Made by a program: the position numbers and the translations under genes. 64,000 nucleotides of DNA from Mayamaea pseudoterrestris (Eukaryota), in the NCBI GenBank assembly GCA_027923505.1, contig BROI01000011.1, forward strand, positions 930,001 through 994,000, written 5' to 3'. Below are positions 20,226-31,383 of the stretch, piece by piece. The notes under the pieces were generated by a model. It was not told the DNA's origin. It saw only the letters and a list, made by a program, of their open reading frames with translations, and did no database searches. The first letter of the stretch is position 1; each line of letters starts with the position of its first letter.

Positions 20226-21803
20226 ATGAAGGCAGTCAGAAATCGGCAGAAGGTTTTAAGTGCACAGGACCGTGTAGGCGGCACCAATGCTTATGACGAA
20301 GTTCAGCATACAAACAACCATGAAGATACATCCAAACATCGACGATCGCTTTCGACGCGTTCATCCCTTCGATCATTAAGCTTCCTGATGCTTTCATGTC
20401 TCGGTTTTTGTGCGACTCTCACCACATTGTTTGGACAGACGACTTCAAACTCGATGAGACGAACTCTCATCATGCGCCTTCCATTCTCCAACTCGGATGC
20501 CATCATTCCTTCCAAACCAAATACAACACTTGCTCTGTTGAATCCTCCTGGGTTTCTGGGAGGATATCGGAACCAAGTCATTCGACTAATGGGGTGGGTT
20601 TCCTACGCGGTTGAACACGACTATAGCTACCTGTACTTGCCCAGCATACTTTGGCGAACCCAAATGCAACAATTGCCAGACGATCCCTGGCACTCAATAC
20701 CTATGGACCTTATCTTTGATGTGGATTACTGGAATGAATTTTCATTTGCTCAGGCATTGCCAATGTTGGTCCGAGAGATTCGTGGTTCTGACTGCTGGAC
20801 AACCGAGTTGGAGCCTTCCATAGCATCGAAATGGGAGTCCCTTCATCCATTGCAACACGCGAGTATGCTGAAAGGATCGTTACGATCTATTATGAACACT
20901 ACTCAAAATGCAATTGCGAATTCGTCCCTATTTAATCCTCGAAGGGTTGATCTGTTGTCTCAAGTGCAGCATTGTCAACATCCAGTCGTTTATGGAGGAG
21001 GCAAGGGTGCTGGTAGATTATGGAATGACTATCTCGCTTATCGCAGCAACAAGACTGCCAATAGTCGTCTTCCGAACGACGTCGATCAATATATACTTCG
21101 GGCGCTTCGACCAGCAGAGCGATGGCGGAAACTGGCCGACGAGTGCGTCGCCGCCCAGCACGGTGACGAGTACTTGGCGCTTCACGCTCGTGTGGAGGTT
21201 GAAATGATGGCCCATACTTGCGGAAGTGAAATGAATTGGAACTTGACCAGCATATTTGAACAAGTATCAGATTTCTTGTCAAAGAAAGGAAGCGATGAGG
21301 ACATTGGTGGTGTTTTTGTTGCCGTCTCGCGCGATGGCATGCAAGCTAATGTCACCGGCGGACCTTGGCAGAAATACAGGACTTATGCCGAAGAGAACGT
21401 CAATATACTCAACCGACTTGTTGGAAGCAGCGGTCGTCAGGGTGAAGGACTACTAGGCGGCAAACTTACAGTATTCGAATGCGGAAAGCAAATGATGGAC
21501 CAGTTTTATGCCGAACATCCAGATGAATTGTACTATGGGAGCTTGCTGGAGCAGGCCATCAACTTTTACATTGCAACTGCAGCAAAAGTGTTCATCGGAG
21601 TGAATCACAGCTCGTATTCCACGGACGTCTGGACGACTCGTTACTATCAAGGACGAGGGTCGGCCAATTTTCAGTACACTCGCAATGGCCGCATTGAACC
21701 TGTTGAAAACGGAGGGTTACCAACTCCGCATGGCAACTGCGTCAAGAAAAAACGCAAGCAGCAAGCAGGGCCAACGCTGTCGCGAGTAAAAAAAACGCAA
21801 TAG
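20226..21803 (+). CDS. O-fucosyltransferase-family (GT-B) type II membrane protein
   Basis: TM segment, GGYRNQ, YLALHARVE, VFVA, FIGVNHSSYSTDV motifs. Confidence 0.75.
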   Translation: MKAVRNRQKVLSAQDRVGGTNAYDEVQHTNNHEDTSKHRRSLSTRSSLRSLSFLMLSCLGFCATLTTLFGQTTSNSMRRTLIMRLPFSNSDAIIPSKPNTTLALLNPPGFLGGYRNQVIRLMGWVSYAVEHDYSYLYLPSILWRTQMQQLPDDPWHSIPMDLIFDVDYWNEFSFAQALPMLVREIRGSDCWTTELEPSIASKWESLHPLQHASMLKGSLRSIMNTTQNAIANSSLFNPRRVDLLSQVQHCQHPVVYGGGKGAGRLWNDYLAYRSNKTANSRLPNDVDQYILRALRPAERWRKLADECVAAQHGDEYLALHARVEVEMMAHTCGSEMNWNLTSIFEQVSDFLSKKGSDEDIGGVFVAVSRDGMQANVTGGPWQKYRTYAEENVNILNRLVGSSGRQGEGLLGGKLTVFECGKQMMDQFYAEHPDELYYGSLLEQAINFYIATAAKVFIGVNHSSYSTDVWTTRYYQGRGSANFQYTRNGRIEPVENGGLPTPHGNCVKKKRKQQAGPTLSRVKKTQ

Positions 21804-22036
21804 TAAGCTGGAGGGGTACTTCACTGTACGCAGATAAAAGTAAAGAAGAAATACGAATACCCATCGCGATCCTGCATCCCGCATGAAAGTTAGAAGAGGA
21901 GACAATACTAATCCAAAGCTATTAATCCAATACTTTATTTGGGGATAACAAAAAATCAAATTTTGGCACAAAACATACAGTCATATTTTGTGCTTTGCAG
22001 TTAGCCCCTGACATGCTTGTCTGGATTGAGGCACGA

Positions 22037-23700
22037 CTACACACCGCCATTATTTTGGATCAGGAAAGCCAGCAATTGGTCAAAATCATCACCAAACAGC
22101 TCGAACGCATGCACGACCTTTTTGAGCTCAAAACCATTCATTACCAACTCTTGTACAGTCTGAGGATATTCATCTACTGCTCCAAATAGAGTCGGGGATG
22201 GAGGCGAGTGTGCCGATGAAGCGTAAGCTGCGGGGGGGAGCGCCGCAACTGCAGCACCCACGGCTCGCTCTTGAACTTCATATAAAGTATTATCAGGAGG
22301 CGACATCGCCGCTGCTGCTTGAACAGGCGAGCTACGTCGTCTGCGAACGGCTGTTGGCGATGATCTTTGCTTGCGCCCTTGTTCATGTCGTCGATACGAT
22401 TCCAGTGAGCTTTGTAGAATCGCTTGCTCAAGCTCAAAGTTGGTAGCATCAATATCCGACAAGCCCAGCGCTTTCTTCTCGTACATCTGTAAACAAATAT
22501 GAGACAAACATGACGTTTTCAACATGAGTGGATGTAAAGAGAGATACTTACATAGTCGTAGTCCAAGTCAAAGGCGCTCTCCTTCAAGGCTCGATGCAAG
22601 TCATCATCGTCAACAACCGTACTATGCATTCGCGACTCCTTCATGACTCGATGCACTTCGTCTTCCGCAGATACTTTTAAGATGCGTTTCATCTCCAGCT
22701 GATCAGCGGCCAAGTCGCTCTCCGCAACCGCTTTGGACACTTGCAACTGATCAGCAAGTCCAATTTTTAGTCCAGGCATGCCAAGACCAAGTCCAGCGGT
22801 CGGCTTGAGCGGGTCAACAACAGCGTTATAGTGATTTCCGTCATGATACGATAACCGAATAGCTTCGTCCTGCGTTGCGTATTCTTTCTGAAAAATATTC
22901 AAAGGCTGATCTGCTCCATTGTCAGGAGTAAACACTTCAACCGGTCGGTTAAAAAGTTCCGACATGGCTTGAATCTCGGGATTATTTCCATGCACGCCAT
23001 CCTTGCGCTTGCGCTGAACATAGTGTGACAATGGCTCGTCGACAAACGGTCCAAAGTGTTCAGGGTCTTGCTCCATGAAGTCGCAAACGGCCGCGCGAAC
23101 GTCCAGATGCATCTCCACATCGCCATACACTTGCAAGGCCACAGCGCGAAAGAGACAATTGCCATCGCCAGCCATTTCAATAATTTCAAGTCCGCGTTTC
23201 TGTAGCGACTTTTCAAAAAGCGATGGCGGCGCAGTTCGTGCTTCATCGTCGTGTGCTTCCAAGAAGGCGGCCGCATAAGTCGAGCGGCCAATGTCCCGAG
23301 CCGCCGCAGGATTTGCGTACGACTGTTCGAACTCATTTGCGCGAATAATCAAGCCGCTGGGTGAGTGAAAGGGGTCATGAGGCTCGTTCTCCAAGGGTGG
23401 CCATTGCGCAGCGGCTGGTAGCTTTTCATCATCCGAATCACTGGGGCTCTTCGAGCGCAGCGGTCCAGCCGTCATTTCAAAATCAATTGGTCCCTGATCG
23501 AGACGAGGACGCTTGGAATCAGTCGGCGAGACGAATGTATCTGTCTCTGTATCTTGCGCGTCTCTTGTTGCTAAACGTTTGCGCGGAGATTCTTCGCCAG
23601 GTAAATCAGCTCCAAAAGATGGCTGAGAATGTTCGCTTTCGTCTTGACCGTCTTCGTCGTTCTGTTGATTCGCGGCTTTCCAAGGAAGTAACACTCGCAT
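22037..23700 (-). CDS. OTU-domain deubiquitinase (OTUD5-like) with UIM/UBA-like C-terminus, 2 exons (23700-22552, 22486-22037)
   Basis: GDGNCLFRA, HGNNPEIQA, SYHDGNHYN; 65-nt phase-0 intron; LEQAILQSSLES (UIM-like) and VQELVMNGFE (UBA-like). Confidence 0.88.
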
Positions 23701-24235
23701 TGTCAGCTTTCAGGAAATTTGTCGCTGGTCTTGTTAGAAAGGACCGAGGCGTTTATAAAGCGCAAAATACTCCGATTCCTTCGCTATACTTGACTGGACC
23801 AAGAATGACGAGAGGTCTGCAATGAACGCTTCAACAGGAGACTTTTGATTGCGATTTTGTCTCCTCTGGTGAGTAAAAAATCGTCAAGAGTAACAGATCA
23901 GCTGCCGTAAATTCAGGATTAGACTCAGACGTTTATCTATGAGGAGCTACATGCGTAGACGATCACTGGAAAGTGACGGGTTGTCTGCCATGCTGCAACG
24001 CGCCAGAATTCCGAGTGCGCTCGTCACGCAAGAGCGCAAGAGGTTTCGGCATGCGACATTTCCGGTCACGCCAATAGTGTACTTTAAAGTGTACTCAAGA
24101 AAAATTCATTAACGCTTCGGTTTTAAAGTGGAATGCATCACACTGGTACTCACCTTTTCGACGGGCCACACCATCCCACCATGGTGAAGCGTCAAAAATT
24201 ATGGCTGTATAGCTGTGCATCCTTATTTTTTAGCC

Positions 24236-27200
24236 ATGAGTCTAAGTGATGCAGAGCAGCAGACAGCCAGGCAAGTCCTGGATGTTCTCATGCAGGAGAA
24301 ATACAAGAACAAAATGTATCTCTTTCTGCAACCTTTAAATCCCATTGAAGTTCCAGGCTATTTCGAACTCGTGCCGCACCAGCGATTTTTGGACATTCAA
24401 ACTGTCACGGCCAACTTAAATGTATACTCATCCTTGGCAGATTTTTGGGTAGATCTGCAGGGAATTTTTGAAAATGCAATTGCTTACCACGAGAATCGCG
24501 AGAGCAAGTGGATAGCGAAAATGGCGCGCGACATGCTCAAGGTTGTTCGAAGGGAAAAGCAAAAGAGACAAGGCGGAGGGCTTGCACTACCGCAGGAAAT
24601 TCAATCAGCAGATTCTGCACTACCAGAAAAGAAGAAGAAATTCTCAGTCAAGCTCAAATTGCCGTCCAAGCAGAACGCAGCTGTGGGCAAGCAGATGCCA
24701 ATGGCGCGGCAGAGCGATTCCGATTCCGTGTCGACCGCTTCGACTGTCCCAGCGCAAAACTTTGCAAGTCCACCTTTGAAGGCAGATGAAAAGTTAGCAA
24801 CTAAAGCCAAACCGACACAACCGAAGTTGAAGCTGAAGTTGTCGCTTGGAAGCAAGAAGAAGAAGGAACTCCCGGCAGGTGGCGAAGGGCAAGCGACGAC
24901 ACTGCCCACTCTGACGGATGTTTCGCCGCTAACTGTATCCGCACCTGTCAAAGCAGCAACGACTGCGCCTGCAAAACCAAAGATTTCACTGAAACTTGGA
25001 AGCACTGGCAGCAACTCAAGAGGGAAGGAGCTTCCGAAAGGCGTCGCAGCCGCGGCGGCAGCACCAACTTCAATACCGACATCACCGGCAGTGATTCAGC
25101 CCCCGCCGGCGAAGCGACAGAAAAAGACGAAGGCTTCAAATTCGGCAACCTCATCAATATCAGCATCTGTTGCTAGGTCCATAACGACGGGTGCGAATAC
25201 ATTTCCATCTTCGCAAGCGCTGAAGATTTTAGCTGGTCTTCGCCGTCGGCATAACAAGTCAATCGGTTGGTTTCTTAAGCCTGTCGCTGACAAGACAATC
25301 ATGAATGAATACAAAGCCAAAGTAAAGTATCCTTCAGATATTTCGACCATGACGACAAAGATTGAGAAGGGATTGTATCCGAATGTTGCCAGTATGGTCT
25401 TGGACTTGCGACGCATCTTTGGCAACTGTTTGGTTTACAACACATCCATTAGAGACTCGCTCCGTCCACTTACAGTTGAAGTCATGCAAACTTCTGAAGA
25501 TTTATTAAAGGTCTTTTTGAAGGATTACCCAGGATCTTATCCTCCACTTCTATATTGTTGGAAGCTCTGCATTGGAGTGCTGGACACACTCTACAATCTT
25601 CTCAACCCAACGGATGACAAGCCAACGGCTTTATACTTTCAGCACCCTGTCAGCTACTATTGCGGTGGCCAGTTTCCTCCTGACTATTATGAGAAAGTCA
25701 GCAAACCGATGGACTTTGGAACGGTGACCTCGAACCTGATCGAAGGCAAGTACAGTACGGTCGAAGACTTTTGCAGTGACTGTAGATTGGTTTTATCCAA
25801 CTGCGTTAAATACTACAATGGCCGACCCGATGGTGTACTGTTTATAGAGCAAGCCAACAGGCTCAACGAGCTTCTGTCCCAGCAGATTGAGCAGCTGCAA
25901 CGCTACGTGAGATCCAATGTGGGAGCCGCCAATCAAGCTCAAGCGAACGCTCCGGTCATCTTTCCGAAACCGCCCGCGCCACTGCTAATGGAAGTATTGC
26001 AAGAGCTGCGGGAGACAAAATACACAGACAAGGCGACAAAAATTTCGGAGCCACTTATGGGACCTTTTGAAAAGCCGGTGTCACTTTCGGCATTTCCAGA
26101 CTATATGGAGGCAATAAAGGAGCCGATAGATTTATCCCTCATCGAGCGCAGAGTTAAAGCCGGAGTGTACGCAACGCCTGAGGATTTTGAGTACGATGTC
26201 AATTTAATTTTCAAGAACAGCGAGAAGTATTATGCACCACGAGGAGGTGAACGTTTGGTCGGCATGAGTAAGACAGGTGCAAAATTATTTAGAAAGCTCT
26301 TTTACATTAAGATGAGAGCGTTCGAAGACCCAAGCTCTGTGCCTCAAGCTGTCGAAGAACAGCAGAACGAGCCGGTTGATCAAGTCACTTCTGAAGCATC
26401 CCCGATGTCTGCTTCGACAGCGAACAACAACAAACCTGGTGGCAAGATTGCTCCTCGAATATCAATTTCAGCTGCGCAGCTTTCGATGGCAGCTCGCATG
26501 AAAGCGCCATCGCAAACGCAAAAGAAGAGTAGCGTACCGACTATTAAGCCGGATCAACCTGTTCCGCTACACATTGCAATTGCTCGCGTCAAAGAAGCGT
26601 TTCCGCTCCGCCGGCAGATTAAAGGCTTGCAACCGTGGGAAGCTGATTGTGCCAAGTACTTCAAAGAATTGATGAGGCATCCTTGGATTTCTGCAGCACG
26701 GCCCACCTATATTTTTCACGTTCCTGTACCGACGTTATTTCCAGAGCTACGGGAGGCGTATGCGGCAAAAGTCCGCAAGCCGATGGATCTAACAACGATT
26801 GAATGCACCCTATTGGCGGGCAATCGCTATGCAGCTCCTGAGGACTTTGTAGCGGACGTTGCACTCGTTTTTGCGAATGCCGTGCGCTTTAATCGCGACG
26901 GCAAAGATGTCGGCGACCCTCTCTCCTGCGCTTACTATGATGCATCGATACACTTGCTTCGTTACTCGAGATGGTTGTCAATGGAATTGCTTGCGCCTTA
27001 CATAGAAAAGAACGATCACGTGGACGATGATACTGCCGCTGGACTCCCTCCCTTCTCGTGGCGTTTGACGGAAGGAAACAGAAAACGCGCCAGGGAAGAA
27101 ATGGAGAAGTTAGTTTTCAGTGAACCGATTGAAAAGAGCCTGGAAGGAGATCGTTACACTTGGCAAGAGTCAGAATGCGAGAAATTGTTGAAATCGCTCC

Positions 27201-28138
27201 GACACCAATCCGACCTTCGATACATGACCTTCTTTTTACAACCTAACTACCCGGCGGACTATACAGCGTACATTTCTAAGCCGATGGATTGGGAGAGGGT
27301 TAACAGGACTTTAAAGAAGCGCCATTACGATAAGTTTGGCGACATTATCTCAGATCTTCGTCTAATCTTTGCGAATGCCCTCAAGTACAACGGTCGTTTG
27401 AAGGGCACTGACACAGTTTCTGGACGAGCGTACGAATCAGCTATTATAATGGCGATGAAACTCGAACTGGCAATTAACAAGCTGTTGATTACTGTGGCTG
27501 ATCGGTTGGAACGCGAGCGTATTGATCACGCAAATGCCGAGCGCGAAATGGAGGCGCAGGAAAGGGCTGACGAGGCACGCTTCTTTGCGACGTTGAAGAA
27601 AGGTGGCGACGCGGCATCAGCAGATGCTGCTATAGATCCTGTAGTATCATCGATGGAACGCACTCAACCATCGGAATACGCGACCCAGAAGGTACGCCTC
27701 GTACGGCGCGCGCTACAGCGGCGCGATAGCATGGACTTCGAGACTCCAAACTTTGACGAGGAAGACGATGGCAAACATGATAATTCCCACGGCGAAGTAG
27801 CCAAGTTTCAAAAAGCAATGTTCGAGAAATCTCAGCAGGAGCTCGTTAAAATGCGACAGCGCATGGCATCAATTGGGTCCATGGTGTATACGCAGATGCT
27901 GCAGCGTGACTTGGCAGCAGAATGGGAAGAAACAGAGCTGAAGAAAATTCGCGAATCGAACGAGCCTCGTCAAGACGACGCCGTTAAAGCTAACGACAGT
28001 GAAACAGATCATCATGACGGCGCATCAGAAGTCCGCAAGGAACTGGAGCGAGAAGGACGTGAGCGCCTTACTATCACATTTGCTGGAGCGGTAAAACGTG
28101 GAATGAAACAAAAACGTCCAGCGTTCTCATTCGAGTAG
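24236..28138 (+). CDS. Multi-bromodomain protein (six bromodomain-like repeats)
   Basis: Six F.xPV...Y...PMD...D..LIF.N..Y/F blocks separated by Lys/Pro/Ser-rich linkers. Confidence 0.9.
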   Translation: MSLSDAEQQTARQVLDVLMQEKYKNKMYLFLQPLNPIEVPGYFELVPHQRFLDIQTVTANLNVYSSLADFWVDLQGIFENAIAYHENRESKWIAKMARDMLKVVRREKQKRQGGGLALPQEIQSADSALPEKKKKFSVKLKLPSKQNAAVGKQMPMARQSDSDSVSTASTVPAQNFASPPLKADEKLATKAKPTQPKLKLKLSLGSKKKKELPAGGEGQATTLPTLTDVSPLTVSAPVKAATTAPAKPKISLKLGSTGSNSRGKELPKGVAAAAAAPTSIPTSPAVIQPPPAKRQKKTKASNSATSSISASVARSITTGANTFPSSQALKILAGLRRRHNKSIGWFLKPVADKTIMNEYKAKVKYPSDISTMTTKIEKGLYPNVASMVLDLRRIFGNCLVYNTSIRDSLRPLTVEVMQTSEDLLKVFLKDYPGSYPPLLYCWKLCIGVLDTLYNLLNPTDDKPTALYFQHPVSYYCGGQFPPDYYEKVSKPMDFGTVTSNLIEGKYSTVEDFCSDCRLVLSNCVKYYNGRPDGVLFIEQANRLNELLSQQIEQLQRYVRSNVGAANQAQANAPVIFPKPPAPLLMEVLQELRETKYTDKATKISEPLMGPFEKPVSLSAFPDYMEAIKEPIDLSLIERRVKAGVYATPEDFEYDVNLIFKNSEKYYAPRGGERLVGMSKTGAKLFRKLFYIKMRAFEDPSSVPQAVEEQQNEPVDQVTSEASPMSASTANNNKPGGKIAPRISISAAQLSMAARMKAPSQTQKKSSVPTIKPDQPVPLHIAIARVKEAFPLRRQIKGLQPWEADCAKYFKELMRHPWISAARPTYIFHVPVPTLFPELREAYAAKVRKPMDLTTIECTLLAGNRYAAPEDFVADVALVFANAVRFNRDGKDVGDPLSCAYYDASIHLLRYSRWLSMELLAPYIEKNDHVDDDTAAGLPPFSWRLTEGNRKRAREEMEKLVFSEPIEKSLEGDRYTWQESECEKLLKSLRHQSDLRYMTFFLQPNYPADYTAYISKPMDWERVNRTLKKRHYDKFGDIISDLRLIFANALKYNGRLKGTDTVSGRAYESAIIMAMKLELAINKLLITVADRLERERIDHANAEREMEAQERADEARFFATLKKGGDAASADAAIDPVVSSMERTQPSEYATQKVRLVRRALQRRDSMDFETPNFDEEDDGKHDNSHGEVAKFQKAMFEKSQQELVKMRQRMASIGSMVYTQMLQRDLAAEWEETELKKIRESNEPRQDDAVKANDSETDHHDGASEVRKELEREGRERLTITFAGAVKRGMKQKRPAFSFE

Positions 28139-28349
28139 CGTGCGCAAGCACAATGCCGCACGACGGTGCCTGTTGCTTTGCATACTAGCTAGTATACCAT
28201 GTTACTTATTTTTAACATACTTAAACATTAGGATGCCGCAAATGGAGACCATCACTTACATCATGATGGCCGTCTTGTGAACTATTACTACGTGTCATGC
28301 GAAGCAGAGGAATCTCCTGCGCAGATGCATCCTCCACTCCTACCTGGCT

Positions 28350-29437
28350 TCAGCTAGAACGCTTCTTCTCGTCCGTCTTTGGTTTGCTTCCACCCTTATT
28401 TTGGAGCTCCGATAAAATACCAGCGCAAGCCATGGAAATGCCAGCCCAGCCAACGGCAGACAACGAGTGGCCCTTGAGCATGATGGAAAGCAGTACGCTA
28501 AAGATCTTTCGCGTCGTGGTAACCGTCGAAAGGACAAGAGGATCAAAGTTGGCAATCGTGTAGAAGATGAATGACTGTCCAACGGCCGAGCAAATGGAGA
28601 ATCGAACAATCTTGGACATGATTTCAGGATTATCAACGCAGTACGCGATTCCCGAAGTCATTTCACCGAGAGGCAGAGCAATCAAGGCAGCCGTAATGCA
28701 CATGAACAAATTTGTCCACTGTAAATTGACAAAATGACATATGCGTAAGTAAAGAGCCATCAATTTTGGTAGAGTGGACGTAGTTTTCGCACAAGCATGC
28801 AACGTACCAACATGAAATCATACGGCTTGGGCTTGACGCCAACCTTGGCCGTCTCTGTCTTGAGACGCTTCTGAAAGCCAGCCGTCACTCCATCAAGCGC
28901 CAAGCTAAGAACAATGTACACAACTCCCAAAGTTGAACTGGGTGCTCCACCCTTCTTCTTGCCCATGCTGACAACAGCCGTTCCCAAGATAATGGCCAAG
29001 ACTTGCAAATACTCGCGCAGCTCATAATGCGCTCCTCCCAGCAATAGTGATCCAGCCATGACAGGAGCCATCTTGCCACTCTTGGCCAAGGTTGCGACCG
29101 GAAAGGATAGTCCATTCGCCAAGGCCAAGCTAGTGCACGCCTTGGCGGAAACTTGAGCCGCTCCGGAAATGGCAAACATTTTGAGCGGAATATTTGGCGT
29201 CGCCCCCGTCAAAATCATGCCGACAAAGCCGACAATGACATTGGCGAGTGCCTCCAAGACTTGCAGGAACCAGGCCTGCTTGAACAAGGTTCCGTCGGCG
29301 GCAGTGTAACGAAACACATCCTCCTGGAGCGATCCATAGTATAAAAAGGCTCCGTAGATACCGCCAGCTCCAATGAGCAGCTTGGCAGCATCGGGAAGAC
29401 CGACAGCGACTGGTTTGGCTTCAGTAGATGATGACAT
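28350..29437 (-). CDS. SLC35B1: UAA-family nucleotide-sugar/ATP transporter (SLC35B1/Hut1-like), 2 exons (29437-28808, 28718-28350)
   Basis: GIYGAFLYYGSLQE, LSFPVATLAKSGKMAPVM, LDGVTAGFQ, GQSFIF, TTTRKIFS; 89-nt intron; Lys-rich ER-retrieval-like tail. Confidence 0.85.
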
Positions 29438-30084
29438 GATTGGTGAAAAGTCGTTGGATTTTGGAAGTGGAAGGGTTGGATCAACCTTGGCAAGCGTTCG
29501 TCTGCTTGTTGGAACGAGCGCGATGGAGCGAATGGGTGAGACGGATGAACACAAGCTTATGCAGCATTCAAATCAGTCGATTTACTCACGATGGCCTCTT
29601 GGTAAAGGTGACAACGGCTGGAAGGGATGGGTTACTACTTGAAGCAGGTGTAATCGTCAAGAGCAAGGAAATCAGGAGAGCCGCGACACTAGTGAACGAT
29701 CGCATAAGATAAAGAAGCAGCTAGGAACTTGTCTCTTTCGCCAAGTCAAAAAAGTCTCCAGAAGAGCGATTAAGCGTTATGGATCGGTTGGATGAGTCGG
29801 TCGTTGAAAGTGTGGATGATTGATCAAGGATCTTTTGTTCGCCCTCTGCTTTTGATGGATGGCAATCACGCCGCGCCGATGATGCGTTGGACTTCTTGCG
29901 GGATTGACACGTCGTACCGGTACTCGCCACGTGGTGGGCGGCAGACGAACCACTCTCCTTTTCTCCCATCATGCATCGCATGGTGTATAGTGTCGACGAA
30001 GTGCCGAAGAAGGACAAGTCGTGGCCAATTGGTAGCAACAGCATCGGAAACATCAACCCTTCTGGTAGGTGAACGGCCAGTAGT

Positions 30085-30465
30085 ATGGGATCGACACAGA
30101 GTCTGGCAGTTCAAAAACCCTCGCCCGCAAGCACCCTCGCACCTTCCGACGATTCTTCTTCCAGCCAAGCAACGCCATCATCAACTAACAATGCCGAACT
30201 AAACTCAAATGAAAACTTGTCCGGCATGGAACTTGTAAATCACAAGTGCGCGAGAAAAAAGAATCGATACGAAAAGTGCTCTTCCGACTTTTACAAGGAG
30301 TTTCTCACTGGCAAGAAAATATCCCAAGCGGAAGCTTGTGACGACAAGTATCAAGCCTACAGAACATGTGTTTTGAAAGGCATCAAGATTGAAGTGTGGG
30401 ATAAGCAAGGACTTCCGCCATTGAAGGAAGGGAGTCCACTGTTGGAAGTGGTCGATGATGATTGA
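30085..30465 (+). CDS. MDM35: Twin CX9C mitochondrial intermembrane-space protein, Mdm35/TRIAP1-like
   Basis: CARKKNRYEKC...FYKEFLTGK...CDDKYQAYRTC matches the Mdm35 pattern. Confidence 0.7.
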   Translation: MGSTQSLAVQKPSPASTLAPSDDSSSSQATPSSTNNAELNSNENLSGMELVNHKCARKKNRYEKCSSDFYKEFLTGKKISQAEACDDKYQAYRTCVLKGIKIEVWDKQGLPPLKEGSPLLEVVDDD

Positions 30466-30998
30466 TGAACGAGCCAATGGACCTTATGCAGCTACGGTAG
30501 GCAAGACGAGCCCACATCTCGTTGCGAGAACTTTGCTGATGCCATTTAAATGGAGAAGTTGCGCTTTGGATAGTAAGACCTGACAGCAGCATCGTGGCCA
30601 AGTTAGCACAACCAGCACTTGCTAAGAAAGGCGGTGTAATACTTTGCAAGCCACGGGTAGAATGCTTTACAAAGGCGTTCACACTATACAAAGTAGTAAT
30701 AAAAGAACGTTTTTAATAACTTTGAGTATGATGATGTGTCATTGAATGCATCGCTATCTTTCGTCTCGGTTGTGCTGTGATTGTATGCCACACACGACCG
30801 TACATATAGCGTTACGTGCTTACTCAGTTTACAAGGTCATGAAACAGGAGTTCATCAATGTTAATTACTTGTATATGAAGCCACCCAACATTTCTAAAGC
30901 AATATACTGGAGTTTACCAAGCTAAATAATCAAGAACAGCCTGTGTAGCTTGGTACTATCAGAGTTTGTATACGTAAACATTTAGCTCATTAGTATGT

Positions 30999-31071
30999 GT
31001 CGCAATAGCTCAGTTGGGAGAGCGCAAGACTGAAGATCTTGAGGCCCAGTGTTCGATTCACTGTTGCGACA
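30999..31071 (+). tRNA. trnF: tRNA-Phe (GAA), intronless
   Basis: GTCGCAA/TTGCGAC acceptor stem, GCTC/GAGC D-stem, CAAGA-CTGAAGA-TCTTG anticodon arm, CAGTG-TTCGATT-CACTG T-arm; no encoded CCA. Confidence 0.97.
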
Positions 31072-31074
31072 TTC

Positions 31075-31079
31075 TTTTT
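31075..31079 (+). terminator. RNA polymerase III T-run terminator of tRNA-Phe
   Basis: TTTTT immediately downstream of the discriminator base. Confidence 0.7.
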
Positions 31080-31383
31080 GTTGATTTGGATGCTGCCATG
31101 ATGCTTGAAGAGCTGAGTGGTTGTCGAAGTCCGGCAAGTGTGTGAGAAGCTTCATTTTGGCCAACACAGTCCCAATCAGCCTGTCCCTAGCCTATTCAGA
31201 GTTTTACGGAACAGACACCGACAAGACTACGAGTACACGTTTTGCTAAGCTTTTGGAAACAGAACAGTAATGCTGCAAGCTACATTAAATGAGCGGCGCA
31301 GATAGAATGGGTAGCCGCTTATACATCTATACTACGTTTGACTAAGCGTTTTACATAAGCTCTACCTTAACAGTAACTATTTC

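Noticed and set aside
29721..30202. Overlapping 100-136 aa ORFs between the transporter and Mdm35
   Set aside because: No recognisable motifs and mutually overlapping; more likely a divergent promoter/UTR region.
30720..31260. Possible C/D snoRNA flanking tRNA-Phe (ATGATG motifs)
   Set aside because: No properly spaced C and D boxes with a terminal stem.
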